Below are positions 42,201 through 50,958 of a stretch of DNA of 64,000 bases, in pieces. How positions within the stretch are numbered: the stretch's first letter is position 1; each line of letters starts with the position of its first letter. Source of the DNA: Bacteroidales bacterium (GTDB lineage: Bacteria; Bacteroidota; Bacteroidia; Bacteroidales; VadinHA17); contig JBJKPQ010000069.1 in NCBI GenBank assembly GCA_046706305.1, positions 462 through 64,461 on the forward strand, read 5' to 3'. The notes beneath the pieces were generated by a model. The model was not told the origin of the DNA, did no database searches, and worked only from the letters and a program-made list of their open reading frames with translations. Both the position numbers and the translations under genes were made by a program.

Positions 42201-43738
42201 GGCAAGCGTGGACTCAGGGTGGTGCCTTTAAGAAGTTTTAATATCAGTGTCTGTGGAGCTGTAATACCATCGGTTGAAAACTCACCCACTTTGTATACCT
42301 GTCCATTATAAGTATACTCGTATGCAACAGCAAGAACCTCATCGGTGTTTAAGGCTGTATTAAGCGATATGTATCCCAACTGTGTATTTACCGTGTATTC
42401 CCTTTCATCGAGCTTTCGTGCATTTTCTATTTTTTCGAAGTCGCGTCCAATCTGAAAATCGGGATAAAGCGGGGAAAAGGTATTTGTAACCTGGTTGACA
42501 TCACGTATCATCCCGTAGGAAGTTGTTAGTGCCTGGTACATACGGTTTGCATTATTATCGGGATATATAAGTGCCCCCGGATCAGCCTGGAATGAGGGTA
42601 TCTTATTATATATATGATTGTTGTTTTCACCCAGATCCATAAAAGCCACTATATTCCTGTTACTGCCTTCCTCGAAACGATTTGTCTTGTTGGTAACCCA
42701 CACCTCTATGCGCTGTATATTAATCCCGGAGCTTACAACGGGGAGGTTTTTTAGTGAAGCATCGTAGTTATCGCGGAAGAATTGAGAGAGGAAGAAATGC
42801 CTGTTAGCCTCGTAATCATCAGCATCTATTTCAAAATCTGTCAGCTGCGCTCCTCCTTTGACATCAATAACCGACGACTGACCCTTCTGCTGGGAGAGAA
42901 CGGATGTAACAGTAAGCTTACCGAACTGCATTTCTGTCTTTAGTCCGAACAGGCTGTAGCTTCCTGTAATAAGGGTACCTGTCAGGGGCAGGGTAACATC
43001 CCCGGCCTCAACCTTTTTAAGTATTTCGTCTTCCTTCCCTGAATATTCCAGCTTTGTGCGGTTCTCAAAATCGAACATAGCATCGGTATTATAGTTGACT
43101 CCCAGCTGCATCTTATCACCTATTGTACCGGTTACATTCATCTGTATCTTTTCCTTGAAATCAAAGGTGGGGATGGTACGAAGTTTCTCGGACAGCGTGG
43201 GGTTCTCGGTATGCGATATATTGATCCCGAAGATAAGCTCCGCTGATCCCTGAGGGATAATGTTTATTGTATTACTGCCGAAGATCTTGTCGAAAGCTTC
43301 GCCCCCAACTTCAATTTGCGGTATCAGTGTTGACCTGAATCCAGATTCTTTACCGGCTATGCGCGAATCCCAGTATTCCCTCATAGCTTTCTCGTATTCA
43401 TATTTACGAAACTCTTCGGGTGTCATATGTACGGGTGTACGGTAGTCGAAGCTTCCTACTTTCTCATAAATAACATATTCATTTTTTTCAGGATCGTAAA
43501 TAACTGACGATTTGATATTGGATGGCTTGTTCAGGAAAAGCGGAGATTGTTTTCTTTGTTCCCAGGGGATTCCGGTATCATCCTTAAGCCGGAGAATGGA
43601 TTTGGATGTAGTATCGGCGACACTGTTTCTTTGTAACGCAACCTGGCTGTTTGCTTCATTGGAAATTAAGGCAAATGAAACCAACAGCATTAGATACGAA
43701 ACCACCAGAAGATTTTTATATGATATCCCTGATCCCAA
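36299..43738 (-). CDS. sprA: SprA, giant outer-membrane beta-barrel translocon of the type IX secretion system (cell surface protein SprA)
   Basis: 2479 codons with a signal peptide, beta-strand-rich throughout, and a size and terminal pattern typical of Bacteroidota SprA. The track start 43738 is a TTG; an ATG alternative lies at 43690. Confidence 0.9.
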   Translation of the reverse strand: MGSGISYKNLLVVSYLMLLVSFALISNEANSQVALQRNSVADTTSKSILRLKDDTGIPWEQRKQSPLFLNKPSNIKSSVIYDPEKNEYVIYEKVGSFDYRTPVHMTPEEFRKYEYEKAMREYWDSRIAGKESGFRSTLIPQIEVGGEAFDKIFGSNTINIIPQGSAELIFGINISHTENPTLSEKLRTIPTFDFKEKIQMNVTGTIGDKMQLGVNYNTDAMFDFENRTKLEYSGKEDEILKKVEAGDVTLPLTGTLITGSYSLFGLKTEMQFGKLTVTSVLSQQKGQSSVIDVKGGAQLTDFEIDADDYEANRHFFLSQFFRDNYDASLKNLPVVSSGINIQRIEVWVTNKTNRFEEGSNRNIVAFMDLGENNNHIYNKIPSFQADPGALIYPDNNANRMYQALTTSYGMIRDVNQVTNTFSPLYPDFQIGRDFEKIENARKLDEREYTVNTQLGYISLNTALNTDEVLAVAYEYTYNGQVYKVGEFSTDGITAPQTLILKLLKGTTLSPRLPTWKLMMKNIYSLGSGKLDAKDFVLNVLYMDDKTGNSINYLPEGKLSKQILLQVMGLDNLNSQLDRQPDGFFDFIDGVTVMVDRGKIIFPEIEPFGNHLREKIGDPALAAKYVFQELYDSTQTVARQMAEKNKFRLAGQYSSESGSEIRLNATNIPQGSVKVTAGGVPLTENLDYTVDYNMGTVRIINSALIESQTPIQVSLENNQFFGFQTKTLVGTHLDYKFSDNFDIGATILHLNERPYTQKVNYGEEPISNTIWGLNTSYKSQSQVLTNIIDKLPFLHTKTPSTISFFGEFANLIPGHSKAISGAGNSYIDDFESSEIPLDLKAFNAWSISSVPQGQDKLFPEARFNNDPVSGYNRAKLAWYVIDPLFLRNGSSTPSYIRNNPDYQSSHFVREIYENEIFPYKESASGIPTAIAVLNLAYYPGEKGPYNYDTDPGQYSAGMNQDGQLNDPKSRWGGIMREVLTSDFESANIQYVEFWLMDPFVDNPDAEGGDLYFDLGNISEDILRDSRKSFENGLPGSPDVKNVDTTAWGRVPTVQAVVNAFDNAPESRLYQDVGLDGLRDPDEDTFFKDYLQKSMMITTPEAYTKIQKDPSGDDFHYFRGSDYDSEQLGILDRYKNYNGEEGNSPTAAMSKESYPTSGSTLPDMEDINRDNTLSETESYYQYKVSLRPSDIKVGSDYVVDEIQYDATFANGKKSKVKWYQFRIPITDYQKVVGPIKDFKSIRFMRMFLKDFSQPVILRFAELNLVRAEWRKYNLSFMEGGERVTIPEPSDGSFEISSVSIEENSGKEPVNYVLPPGFTRVTDPQNPQLRQLNEQSMVLKVEDLADGDARAAFRTVNLDMRQYRKLRMEVHAEALIGHPLRDDELTAFIRLGSDYQGNFYEYELPLKLTPPGHYDNNSDADRERVWPAANSFDIDLSLLQEAKKARNSEMLKPGSSLSISDVFVYTKGDARISISGNPNMSNVRVIMVGVRNPIRTRDRSNDDGAPKYGEVWVNELRLNDFIENGGWAANAHLQAHLADLGTVDMVGQTSTPGWGSIDKSVNDRSKEEAVKYDISSNIELGKFFPEKIGVRLPVYVGYSESRIRPQFNPLDPDIPLKDALDAAGSKAARDSIKAISDDYARRKTITVSNAGISKRGERPHAWDLANFSVNYTYNETYRSNINTEIDLEKNYRGGINYDFQAQPANVMPFKKVQFLNSPALKIIKDFNFYLFPKSLSFRTDLSRDYNEIKTRNIDNPYLLIEPSFRKDFEWTRIYDFKYDITRQLKFDFTATNLARIDEPDGGVDKRRYASTYDAWRDSVMTNLKNFGRTTDYNHFFNVTYTIPVNKLPLLSWVNANARYSGDYTWLAGPLYPDSLHINLGNSVKNHSEMTLTTMANLASLYTKSRFMKRIENDTRPDARQRMKPEYKTVTYTRGNINLRPGTKRAIYHNLKTKDIKVKVVDGDGKEVKGKMEIVSDNRINFTADKKVDGATVTVEGQVQKNRNPLILAGEYVVRALMGIRSVSLTYTSSQGEYLPGYLPGTKYLGMSDYNNVMAPGWPFILGYSNENFFNNAMSYGWITRDTLLNTPASFNKNMSISLRSLIEPFPGLRIDLNADRRHLQQVSSYYIADYNGNFPDSTRNRILSGNFSISVISWGTAFEKISKSNDYVSPTFEAFKNNTVVISERRAAERQKTDPAYDPDIDPETGEAITGPYKSGYGKTSREVLIPAFLAAYTKTNPSRVTLDPFPSAMKMMPNWRITFDGLSKFEFVQKIFTSINLSHQYRSTYQVGSYTTNLNFSPDEAGISRIRDLQNNYVPQYSIDVVTISEQFSPLINVDMNWRNSLTTRFEWRKSRTVSLNLTSNQVADARINELIVGAGYRFDDVQIILKSRNGQRALKSDLNLRFDLSIRDNKTIARKLVEDVNQPVVGQRVFTAGLTADYVLSDRFNLQIFADRTMNNPFVASTFPTSNTNFGFSLKFTLIQ

Positions 43739-43756
43739 TACGGCTTCTCTTCAGAA

Positions 43757-44338
43757 TTACAAGTTTTTAAGCGCCTTCTTTATTAAATCCTCTACTGTCA
43801 GATTTTTCTCTTCACGTATAATCTTATCAAGGACTTTTACGACTGCGCTTTTGGCAAATCCAAGCATTACTAAAGCTGATAACGCTTCTTCACGAATAGT
43901 ATTGTCTGTAAAGGTAAATATTTCATCGTCTCCTGCATGCCTGCCTATCTTGTCTTTAAGGTCAACTATTATCCTTTGAGCTGTTTTCAGTCCTATACCT
44001 TTAATGCCTTTCAGGACATTCACCTCCGATAATGAAATTGCCCTTTCTGTCTCAGCCGGGGAAAGAGATGAGAGCATCATTCTTGCAGTGTTTGCTCCAA
44101 CACCGTTAACCGATATAAGCAATTTAAAGATCTCTCTTTCTTCATGCCCTGCAAAACCGAAAAGTTGATGGGTATCTTCCCTGATCACTTCATGTATCAG
44201 TATTTTATAATCGCGTTCCTTTTCAAGCTGTGAATAAGTTGTAAGAGAAATATGAACCAGATAGCCCACTCCTCCTGTTTCAACAATAAGGTATGTAGGG
44301 GTTATGAGTGTAATAGCTCCTTTTATGTAATCAATCAT
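43757..44338 (-). CDS. ruvA: Holliday junction branch migration protein RuvA
   Basis: MIDYIKG...VETGGVGY N-terminus, HhH motifs (VNGVGANTARMMLS, IKGIGLKTAQRI) and a C-terminal domain III. Confidence 0.95.
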   Translation of the reverse strand: MIDYIKGAITLITPTYLIVETGGVGYLVHISLTTYSQLEKERDYKILIHEVIREDTHQLFGFAGHEEREIFKLLISVNGVGANTARMMLSSLSPAETERAISLSEVNVLKGIKGIGLKTAQRIIVDLKDKIGRHAGDDEIFTFTDNTIREEALSALVMLGFAKSAVVKVLDKIIREEKNLTVEDLIKKALKNL

Positions 44339-44343
44339 AATTG

Positions 44344-45441
44344 CTACTCGGCATTAAAAATCTCCGGGGGCAGTTCATCCACCCGGTCATTATGGATTTC
44401 TATATCCTGGTGTCTGAGAGGGTTTGTTGTAATATCTGAATACATGTTTCGGTTCCTGAAGATGTCGCAGGCAAGGTATATTGCATGCCGGAAGGAATTT
44501 TCCGAAGCTTCTCCCTTTCCTGCAATTGAAAAAGCTGTACCATGCACGGGGGAAGTCCTGATAAAGGGCAGACCGGCAGTGAAGTTAACACCCGAATCAA
44601 ATGACAGTGCCTTAAAGGGGATAAGACCCTGGTCGTGGTACATGGCGAGAATACCATCGTACCTGGTAAATGATCCGGCACCAAAGAAACCATCGGAAGG
44701 GAAGGGTCCGAATGCCAGGATACCTTCCTTTTGAGCCTGTTCCACTGCAGGAATAATCATCTCTGCTTCCTCGCTTCCAATAAGCGAATTATCGCCGGCA
44801 TGCGGATTGAGCCCAAGAACAGCAATACGTGGTTTCCTTATACCAAAGTCATATACAAGCGATTTGTTCATCAACCTTATCTTAGTCATAAGAGTCTCAA
44901 CACTTATGAGCTCGGATACTTTTTTTAAGGGAACATGATCTGTAGCAATACCAATACGCAGGGAATCGCTAACCATGAACATTAATGCCTCCTCTGCCTC
45001 AGCAACCGATTTCAGGTAATCTGTATGTCCTTTGAAATGAAATTTTTCAGATTGTATATTATGCTTATCAATAGGTGCTGTAATAAGAACGTCAATTTTA
45101 CCTTCCTTAAGATCGCTAAGTGCCCTTTCTATTGAAATAAGAGCAGCCTCCCCGCCATGTTGTGTCGATTTTCCCAGCTCAACCCTTACATTATCGTCGA
45201 GACAGTTAATCATATTTGCCTTTTTCGGATGGGCCTCTTCGGGATTCCTGATATTGTTAAAGCTGAAATTATTAATATTCAATGCTTTACGATGGTAAGC
45301 CGCTACCTTTGGTGAACCATATACAATTGGAGTACATATCTCATTAATCATCGGATCACTTAGTGTCTTAAGTATCACCTCGTAACCGATCCCGTTTATA
45401 TCTCCATGAGAAATACCGGCTAATATTGTTTTCTTTTCCAT
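44344..45441 (-). CDS. pdxA: 4-hydroxythreonine-4-phosphate dehydrogenase PdxA
   Basis: GDINGIGYEV, FKGHTDYL, LGLNPHAGD and IRTSPVHGTAF motifs. Confidence 0.92.
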   Translation of the reverse strand: MEKKTILAGISHGDINGIGYEVILKTLSDPMINEICTPIVYGSPKVAAYHRKALNINNFSFNNIRNPEEAHPKKANMINCLDDNVRVELGKSTQHGGEAALISIERALSDLKEGKIDVLITAPIDKHNIQSEKFHFKGHTDYLKSVAEAEEALMFMVSDSLRIGIATDHVPLKKVSELISVETLMTKIRLMNKSLVYDFGIRKPRIAVLGLNPHAGDNSLIGSEEAEMIIPAVEQAQKEGILAFGPFPSDGFFGAGSFTRYDGILAMYHDQGLIPFKALSFDSGVNFTAGLPFIRTSPVHGTAFSIAGKGEASENSFRHAIYLACDIFRNRNMYSDITTNPLRHQDIEIHNDRVDELPPEIFNAE

Positions 45442-45447
45442 AAATAA

Positions 45448-46902
45448 CTATTTGAATTCACTATAATCCTCAGCAATCCTCTTCAGGAAAGTCGACAGCA
45501 ATCTTAATCCTGAAGCCGGCACATTTTTAATCCTGTAAAAATCATCATTTTTTATTAATTCAGTACCTGCAATATCGAGATGAATCAAAGGATATTCAGC
45601 AAAACGCTCCAGAAATTTACCTGCCGTAATGGCGCCCGCCTCACGTCCGCCAATATTCCTGATATCGGCAAGATCTGATTTTAATAGTTCCCCATACTCA
45701 TCCCAGAACGGTAGTTCAGCAATCCTTTCATAAGTATCGTTGCCACATTCTTCCAGGAGCCTGATATATTTCCTTTCCGCATTTGACATCACTGCAATTG
45801 CCTGGTTACCGAATGTCATTGCAGCCGATCCTGTTAATGTGGCAATATCTATAATTATCTCAGGGGAAAATTTGGACGCGTAACTGATAGCATCGGCAAG
45901 TATAAGCCTGCCTTCGGCATCAGTATTGCCAATTTCGACCGTCATTTTATTATGCATGGTTATTATATCTCCCTGTGCATAGGCATTACCCCCTGGCCGG
46001 TTATCTGTTGCTGGTACCAGTCCGATAACATGAACCGGGAGTCCTGCTTTTGCAACGCTGTAAAGTACCCCGGCAACCATTGCAGCACCTGCCATATCTC
46101 CCTTCATCCCTGCCATGAAATCACCTGTCTTTATGTTAAGGCCCCCGGTATCATATACCACACCTTTGCCCACCAATACAATTGGTTTGCTGTTAACACA
46201 TTTAGAGGGTTTCCATTCAAGAATGCAGAAGACAGGGGGATCAACAGACCCTCTGTTGACAGCCAGGAGTCCGCCCATTTTCAGTGCTTCTATTTTCCCT
46301 TTGTTGAGAACTTCAACACTGAAACCCGATTTATCGCCAAGTTTCTTTATTTCCTTCGCCAGTCCTGAAGCATTGAGATGGTTAACAGGTTCATTTATAA
46401 GGTCGCGGGTAAAATATATGGCATCTGTGATATCAGAAAGCCATCTGATAGCAGCTTCTTCAACATCATCGTACAGCATCAGGGATGAAGGATAATTCCT
46501 GTTTTTTTCACCATTTCCGGTTTTATACCTGTCGAATGCGTAGATGCTTAAAACAAGTCCCTCGGTAAAATCCTCCACAGCACCTTTATATGCTTCATAT
46601 GATGAAATAACAAGCTCCTGGTGGTTATTTTCCTTAATAACCTTTTTCAGATTATACGCTGTTCTGCGTAACTCCTCCCTGATCCTGTTATGCGGAAGGT
46701 CTTCCTTTAGCCTGATAATATATGTGCATTTGTAATAGGAGTTTATAACTATGTATTCGTCCTTTTCGGTTATACGCCTTTTTACATATTCCGCCTCCGA
46801 TTTTGTAAAGGAAATATAATCAGGAACATTGTCACTGCCCAGAATTAATACAATGGATTTATCAGGAGTTAGTTGCTGCAGCTTTTGTATTACAGGTTTC
46901 AT
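45448..46902 (-). CDS. pepA: Leucyl aminopeptidase (M17 family)
   Basis: M17 catalytic motifs VGKGVVYDTGGLNIK, MKGDMAGAA and NTDAEGRLILAD. Confidence 0.92.
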   Translation of the reverse strand: MKPVIQKLQQLTPDKSIVLILGSDNVPDYISFTKSEAEYVKRRITEKDEYIVINSYYKCTYIIRLKEDLPHNRIREELRRTAYNLKKVIKENNHQELVISSYEAYKGAVEDFTEGLVLSIYAFDRYKTGNGEKNRNYPSSLMLYDDVEEAAIRWLSDITDAIYFTRDLINEPVNHLNASGLAKEIKKLGDKSGFSVEVLNKGKIEALKMGGLLAVNRGSVDPPVFCILEWKPSKCVNSKPIVLVGKGVVYDTGGLNIKTGDFMAGMKGDMAGAAMVAGVLYSVAKAGLPVHVIGLVPATDNRPGGNAYAQGDIITMHNKMTVEIGNTDAEGRLILADAISYASKFSPEIIIDIATLTGSAAMTFGNQAIAVMSNAERKYIRLLEECGNDTYERIAELPFWDEYGELLKSDLADIRNIGGREAGAITAGKFLERFAEYPLIHLDIAGTELIKNDDFYRIKNVPASGLRLLSTFLKRIAEDYSEFK

Positions 46903-46944
46903 TTCACGAGCTCTGTTTTTTGAAGATGTAAAGTTAATGAAAAA

Positions 46945-46977
46945 ATTGAATGTTTAGTTTCCAAAGCATTACCTTTG
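46945..46977 (+). promoter_or_regulatory. Candidate Bacteroidota promoter for the futalosine radical SAM gene
   Basis: ATTG (46945-46948), a 21 nt spacer, then TACCTTTG (46970-46977). The -7 element is good and the -33 element is imperfect. Confidence 0.4.
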
Positions 46978-47046
46978 CTGCTTTAACCGCGCTTGCAGGC
47001 CTGTAGTAAAATTCACAAATGCAAAGCATGTATATATCTGAAATTT

Positions 47047-48132
47047 ATGGTATTAAAAGAAATATATAACAAAGCCTACGCTCTTGAGCCTCTGAGTTTG
47101 GAAGAAGGGCTGGCATTGTATACAGGGGCTCCCCTTGAAGAGCTGATATTTGTGGCCAACGGTGTAAGGCAGCTTCATAATAACGGGAATACTGTCGGAT
47201 GGATAATTGACAGGAATGTCAATATCACCAATATATGCTTCTCACAATGTTCATTCTGTAACTTCTGCAGGAAAAAGGGATCGGCAGATGCTTATGTAAC
47301 GACTCTTGAAGAATACAAAGAGAAGATAGATGAACTGTTGACCCTTGGGGGAGACCAGCTGCTGCTGCAGGGTGGAATGAATCCTGCCCTGGGTTTGGAT
47401 TTTTATACGGATCTTTTCAGGAACCTGAAAAATATGTACCCATCATTAAAGCTTCATTCACTTGGCCCACCGGAAGTAGCATACCTTGCAAAAAAGGAAA
47501 ATCTCACTTACTCAGTTATACTTGGGAGACTGATGGATGCGGGTCTCGACAGTCTGCCGGGGGCAGGTGCTGAAATACTGTCAGATCGTGTAAGAAAAAT
47601 TGTCTCTCCTGCCAAGGCAACAACGAAAGAATGGCTTGGAGTGATGGAAGAAGCACATAAACTGAACCTGCCCACTTCCGCCACAATGATGTACGGGCAT
47701 GTCGAAAAACCGGAAGAGAGGATTAAACATCTAATCCTGTTGAGAGAACTGCAGGCTAAAAAACCCGAAGGTCATTACGGGTTTATAACATTCATTCCAT
47801 GGCCGTTCCAGGATAAGGACACAGAGCTAAGACTGAAATATGGAATAAAGAGCAGCTATAACGGTGCGGATTATATAAAGATGATTGCTGTAAGCAGGAT
47901 TATGTTGAACAACATCAGGCATTTGCAGGCTTCAATCCTCACGGTGGGTAAAGATATAGGCATGTTGTCGCTGCATGCCGGAGCTGATGATCTTGGGTCG
48001 GTAATGATTGAGGAGAATGTGGTAAGTGCGGCAGGCTCATCCAACAGGTTCAATGCGGCGGAGATGCAGGAGATAATCAGGGAGGCAGGCTTTATAGCCA
48101 GGAGAAGAAATCAGAAATATGAACCCTGGTAA
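47047..48132 (+). CDS. Menaquinone (futalosine pathway) radical SAM enzyme, MqnC/MqnE (CofH-like) family
   Basis: Radical SAM motif CFSQCSFCNFC within NVNITNIC..., plus the LLLQGGMNP and ATMMYGHVE blocks typical of MqnC/MqnE/CofH. I cannot separate MqnC from MqnE by eye. The ATG at 47047 is preferred over the track start at 46993. Confidence 0.8.
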   Translation: MVLKEIYNKAYALEPLSLEEGLALYTGAPLEELIFVANGVRQLHNNGNTVGWIIDRNVNITNICFSQCSFCNFCRKKGSADAYVTTLEEYKEKIDELLTLGGDQLLLQGGMNPALGLDFYTDLFRNLKNMYPSLKLHSLGPPEVAYLAKKENLTYSVILGRLMDAGLDSLPGAGAEILSDRVRKIVSPAKATTKEWLGVMEEAHKLNLPTSATMMYGHVEKPEERIKHLILLRELQAKKPEGHYGFITFIPWPFQDKDTELRLKYGIKSSYNGADYIKMIAVSRIMLNNIRHLQASILTVGKDIGMLSLHAGADDLGSVMIEENVVSAAGSSNRFNAAEMQEIIREAGFIARRRNQKYEPW

Positions 48133-48140
48133 CGGGCCGA

Positions 48141-48170
48141 ATAAAAAAGGGTGCCTTCTTAAGACACCCT
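48141..48170 (-). terminator. Rho-independent terminator between the convergent mqn and tatA genes
   Basis: Hairpin AGGGTG-c-CTT ctt AAG-a-CACCCT (48148-48170). On the minus strand it is followed by TTTTTTAT (48141-48148). Confidence 0.65.
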
Positions 48171-48197
48171 CTTAAAGTTAATATCAATAAATCTGAA

Positions 48198-48374
48198 CTA
48201 GTCTTTTTTGGCTTCTTCCTTTGAATCATCCTCATGTTCAACCTTTGAGGCTTTTTTGAACTCCTTCATTCCTTGTCCGATGCCCTTCATCAATTCGGGA
48301 ATCTTACGCCCGCCAAAAAGAAGCACTAATACAAGCAATATCAGTATTATCTCAGTTAATCCCAGTTTTCCCAT
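48198..48374 (-). CDS. tatA: Twin-arginine translocase subunit TatA/TatE (58 aa; absent from the ORF track because it is under 60 aa)
   Basis: My manual translation gives [58 protein letters not shown]. This has one TM helix, the hinge FGG.K.PEL and an amphipathic helix, which is the canonical TatA pattern. ATG at 48374 and TAG at 48198-48200. Confidence 0.88.
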   Translation of the reverse strand: MGKLGLTEIILILLVLVLLFGGRKIPELMKGIGQGMKEFKKASKVEHEDDSKEEAKKD

Positions 48375-48443
48375 CGTAGTATGAATTAATTTCAGACAAA
48401 GTTAAAAATACTTTAACAAATAACAAGTCAATAATCAGAAAAA

Positions 48444-49775
48444 CTACTTCTTAAGAAGACGCAGAATATCATTACCATTAGCCAGTATGAGCAACGACAA
48501 TAATATTACCATTCCTACAATCTGTGCGTACTCCAGGAACTTGTCACTTGGCTTTCTTCCGGTCACAACTTCATAGAGAAGGAACATAACATGTCCGCCG
48601 TCAAGTGCCGGGATAGGAAGAATGTTCATTACGGCAAGTATTATTGAAAGAAAGGCAGTAAGGTTCCAGAATGCCTGCCAGTCCCAGACACCCGGGAAAA
48701 TTTTCCCGATTGTTATGAAACCGCCTAATGATTTATATGCTTTTGTATGTTTTGAAAAGAGCAGCTTAAACTGTTTGAGATAATCACTTATGGTCCTGAT
48801 ACCTTTATCAATTCCTGCCGGGAATGATTGAAGGAACCCATATTTGATTGTCTTCAGCTTGAAGATCCTGTCAAGTGAAACTGTCCTGCTGACACCTAGA
48901 TATCCTTCTTTAGAAGGCTGCACGTCCACATTTACAGTGTCCCCTTTGCGCAGAAGGGTTAACAGCACCGGGTGGTCCTTGTTTTTAGCCAGGTAATCCT
49001 GGAACTGATCGTAGTACTCAAACTTATGATGATCAAGCTCAATAAGCTGGTCTCCTGTCTTCACCCCAGCATTTTTACCCGGAGAATCCTTGGTAAATGA
49101 AGATATGACAAAGGGGCCGAAAGGTAACCTGTAATCAATAAATCCTTCCCCTTTTAACAAACCGGCAATATATTCCGGTGGAATATTGATGTTAACTACC
49201 TTTCCGTCACGTTCTACCTGAATTGTCTTCCTGCTGTTTAGGGCAATATCGGAAGTGATATGCATAAAATCCTCAACAGGATGATTGTCGAGTGATAAGA
49301 TCTTATCACCGTTACGAAGTCCGATCTGATATCCGAGAGAATCAGTTACTATCCCGTATTTCACATTAGATGTGGGAAGATAAGTATCCCCCCAGGCAAA
49401 AAGGACAAATACGTATATAAGGATTGCAGAAATAAAATTAAAGACAACTCCTCCGGTCATAATAAGCAGGCGCTGCCACGATTTCTTTGATCTGAATTCA
49501 TAGGGTTGTGGAGGTTGTTTCATCTGTTCCCTGTCCATCGACTCGTCAATCATGCCGGATATTTTAACATATCCGCCAAGAGGAAGCCACCCAACACCAT
49601 ATTCAGTCTCACCTTTTCTAAACTTGATAAGAGAAAACCATGGATCGAAAAAGAGGTAGAATTTCTCAACCCTTGTCTTGAACAGTTTTGCAAATACAAA
49701 ATGTCCGAACTCATGTATTATTACGAGTATCGACAAGCTAAGTACAAACTGCAGTATCTTGATAAGTATTGTCAT
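48444..49775 (-). CDS. rseP: RIP (site-2) zinc metalloprotease RseP
   Basis: HEFGHF zinc motif in TM1, PDZ domains, and a C-terminal NILPIPALDGGH motif. Confidence 0.93.
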   Translation of the reverse strand: MTILIKILQFVLSLSILVIIHEFGHFVFAKLFKTRVEKFYLFFDPWFSLIKFRKGETEYGVGWLPLGGYVKISGMIDESMDREQMKQPPQPYEFRSKKSWQRLLIMTGGVVFNFISAILIYVFVLFAWGDTYLPTSNVKYGIVTDSLGYQIGLRNGDKILSLDNHPVEDFMHITSDIALNSRKTIQVERDGKVVNINIPPEYIAGLLKGEGFIDYRLPFGPFVISSFTKDSPGKNAGVKTGDQLIELDHHKFEYYDQFQDYLAKNKDHPVLLTLLRKGDTVNVDVQPSKEGYLGVSRTVSLDRIFKLKTIKYGFLQSFPAGIDKGIRTISDYLKQFKLLFSKHTKAYKSLGGFITIGKIFPGVWDWQAFWNLTAFLSIILAVMNILPIPALDGGHVMFLLYEVVTGRKPSDKFLEYAQIVGMVILLSLLILANGNDILRLLKK

Positions 49776-50950
49776 TTTTGTTTAACACGTTTATTAATAA
49801 AATTTTGGGCTATCTTCCTTGCTTCTTCATCACTCTGTTCAAGAGAATCCAGATCGGGGTGCTGTATAAATGAACAAGACTCCATTGTATGTTCAACAAT
49901 ATCGGGCATTTCCATAAACCCTGTTTCTTCCTTAAGGAAAGAGCCAACTGCAACTTCATTGGCTGCATTCAGTATGCAGGGCATATTTCCTCCTGCTGAC
50001 AGTGCATTGAAGGCAAGTTGAAGGTTCCTGAACCTTTTGAGATCGGGCTCATCAAAAGTTAACGACTTATAATCAAAGAGGTTAAGACGCGGTAAATCTG
50101 ATTTCAACCTTTCAGGGTACGATAATGCATAAAGTATGGGCACCCGCATATCGGGGACACCAAGCTGGGCTTTTACTGATCCATCTGCAAAATGAACAAA
50201 TGAATGGATAACCGACTGGGGATGGACAATTACAGATATCTGCCCCGGATCCATGTCGAACAACCACTTAGCCTCTATAACCTCCAGTCCTTTGTTCATC
50301 AGTGATGCCGAGTCTATTGTCACCTTGCAGCCCATATCCCAGTTAGGATGCCTTAGTGCATCTCCGGGTTTAGCCTTCCTTAGCTCTTCTGCCGACCAGT
50401 TGAGGAAAGGACCTCCTGATGCAGTAAGAGTTATCTTATCGACAGGATTATCTGTTTCGCCTGCCATACACTGAAATATTGCCGAATGCTCAGAATCAAC
50501 CGGTATGATTTTGCTGCCTTTTTCCTTTGCCAGCTTCCCTATTATCTCCCCGGCCACAACCATAGTCTCCTTATTTGCAAGAGCAATCTTTTTACCGGCC
50601 CTCACGGCAGCCACCGTCGGTTTTAAACCTGAATAGCCAACAATTGCCGCTATAACCACATCAACACTGTCAGAACTTATCTCATTTTCAATCGCCTCAT
50701 CGCCAGAGAAAACATCAACGCCCATACCATTCAGACTATTTCTGAGGGTTGAAAGATGAGCTGCATTCCCGATTACGACCGATCGTGGTTTGAATTTTTT
50801 TGCCTGACTTATAAGTAAATCGACATTGTTACCGGCAACAAGCACATCCACAACAAACCTTTCAGGAAATCTTGATACGATATCAAGTGCCTGGGTTCCG
50901 ATTGACCCTGTTGATCCCAACAATGCTATTCTCTCTTGTTTATATGGCAT
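49772..50950 (-). CDS. dxr: 1-deoxy-D-xylulose 5-phosphate reductoisomerase
   Basis: LGSTGSIGTQALDI NADPH-binding motif, LANKE and PVDSEHSAIFQC motifs. Overlaps rseP by 4 nt. Confidence 0.96.
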   Translation of the reverse strand: MPYKQERIALLGSTGSIGTQALDIVSRFPERFVVDVLVAGNNVDLLISQAKKFKPRSVVIGNAAHLSTLRNSLNGMGVDVFSGDEAIENEISSDSVDVVIAAIVGYSGLKPTVAAVRAGKKIALANKETMVVAGEIIGKLAKEKGSKIIPVDSEHSAIFQCMAGETDNPVDKITLTASGGPFLNWSAEELRKAKPGDALRHPNWDMGCKVTIDSASLMNKGLEVIEAKWLFDMDPGQISVIVHPQSVIHSFVHFADGSVKAQLGVPDMRVPILYALSYPERLKSDLPRLNLFDYKSLTFDEPDLKRFRNLQLAFNALSAGGNMPCILNAANEVAVGSFLKEETGFMEMPDIVEHTMESCSFIQHPDLDSLEQSDEEARKIAQNFINKRVKQK

Positions 50951-50958
50951 TCCTGAAA

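Noticed and set aside
46993-47046. Longer start for the futalosine radical SAM ORF (track start 46993)
   Set aside because: The Cys/Lys-rich 18-residue extension begins only about 16 nt after the predicted -7 promoter box. The ATG at 47047 (MVLKEIYNKAY...) matches the usual family N-terminus.
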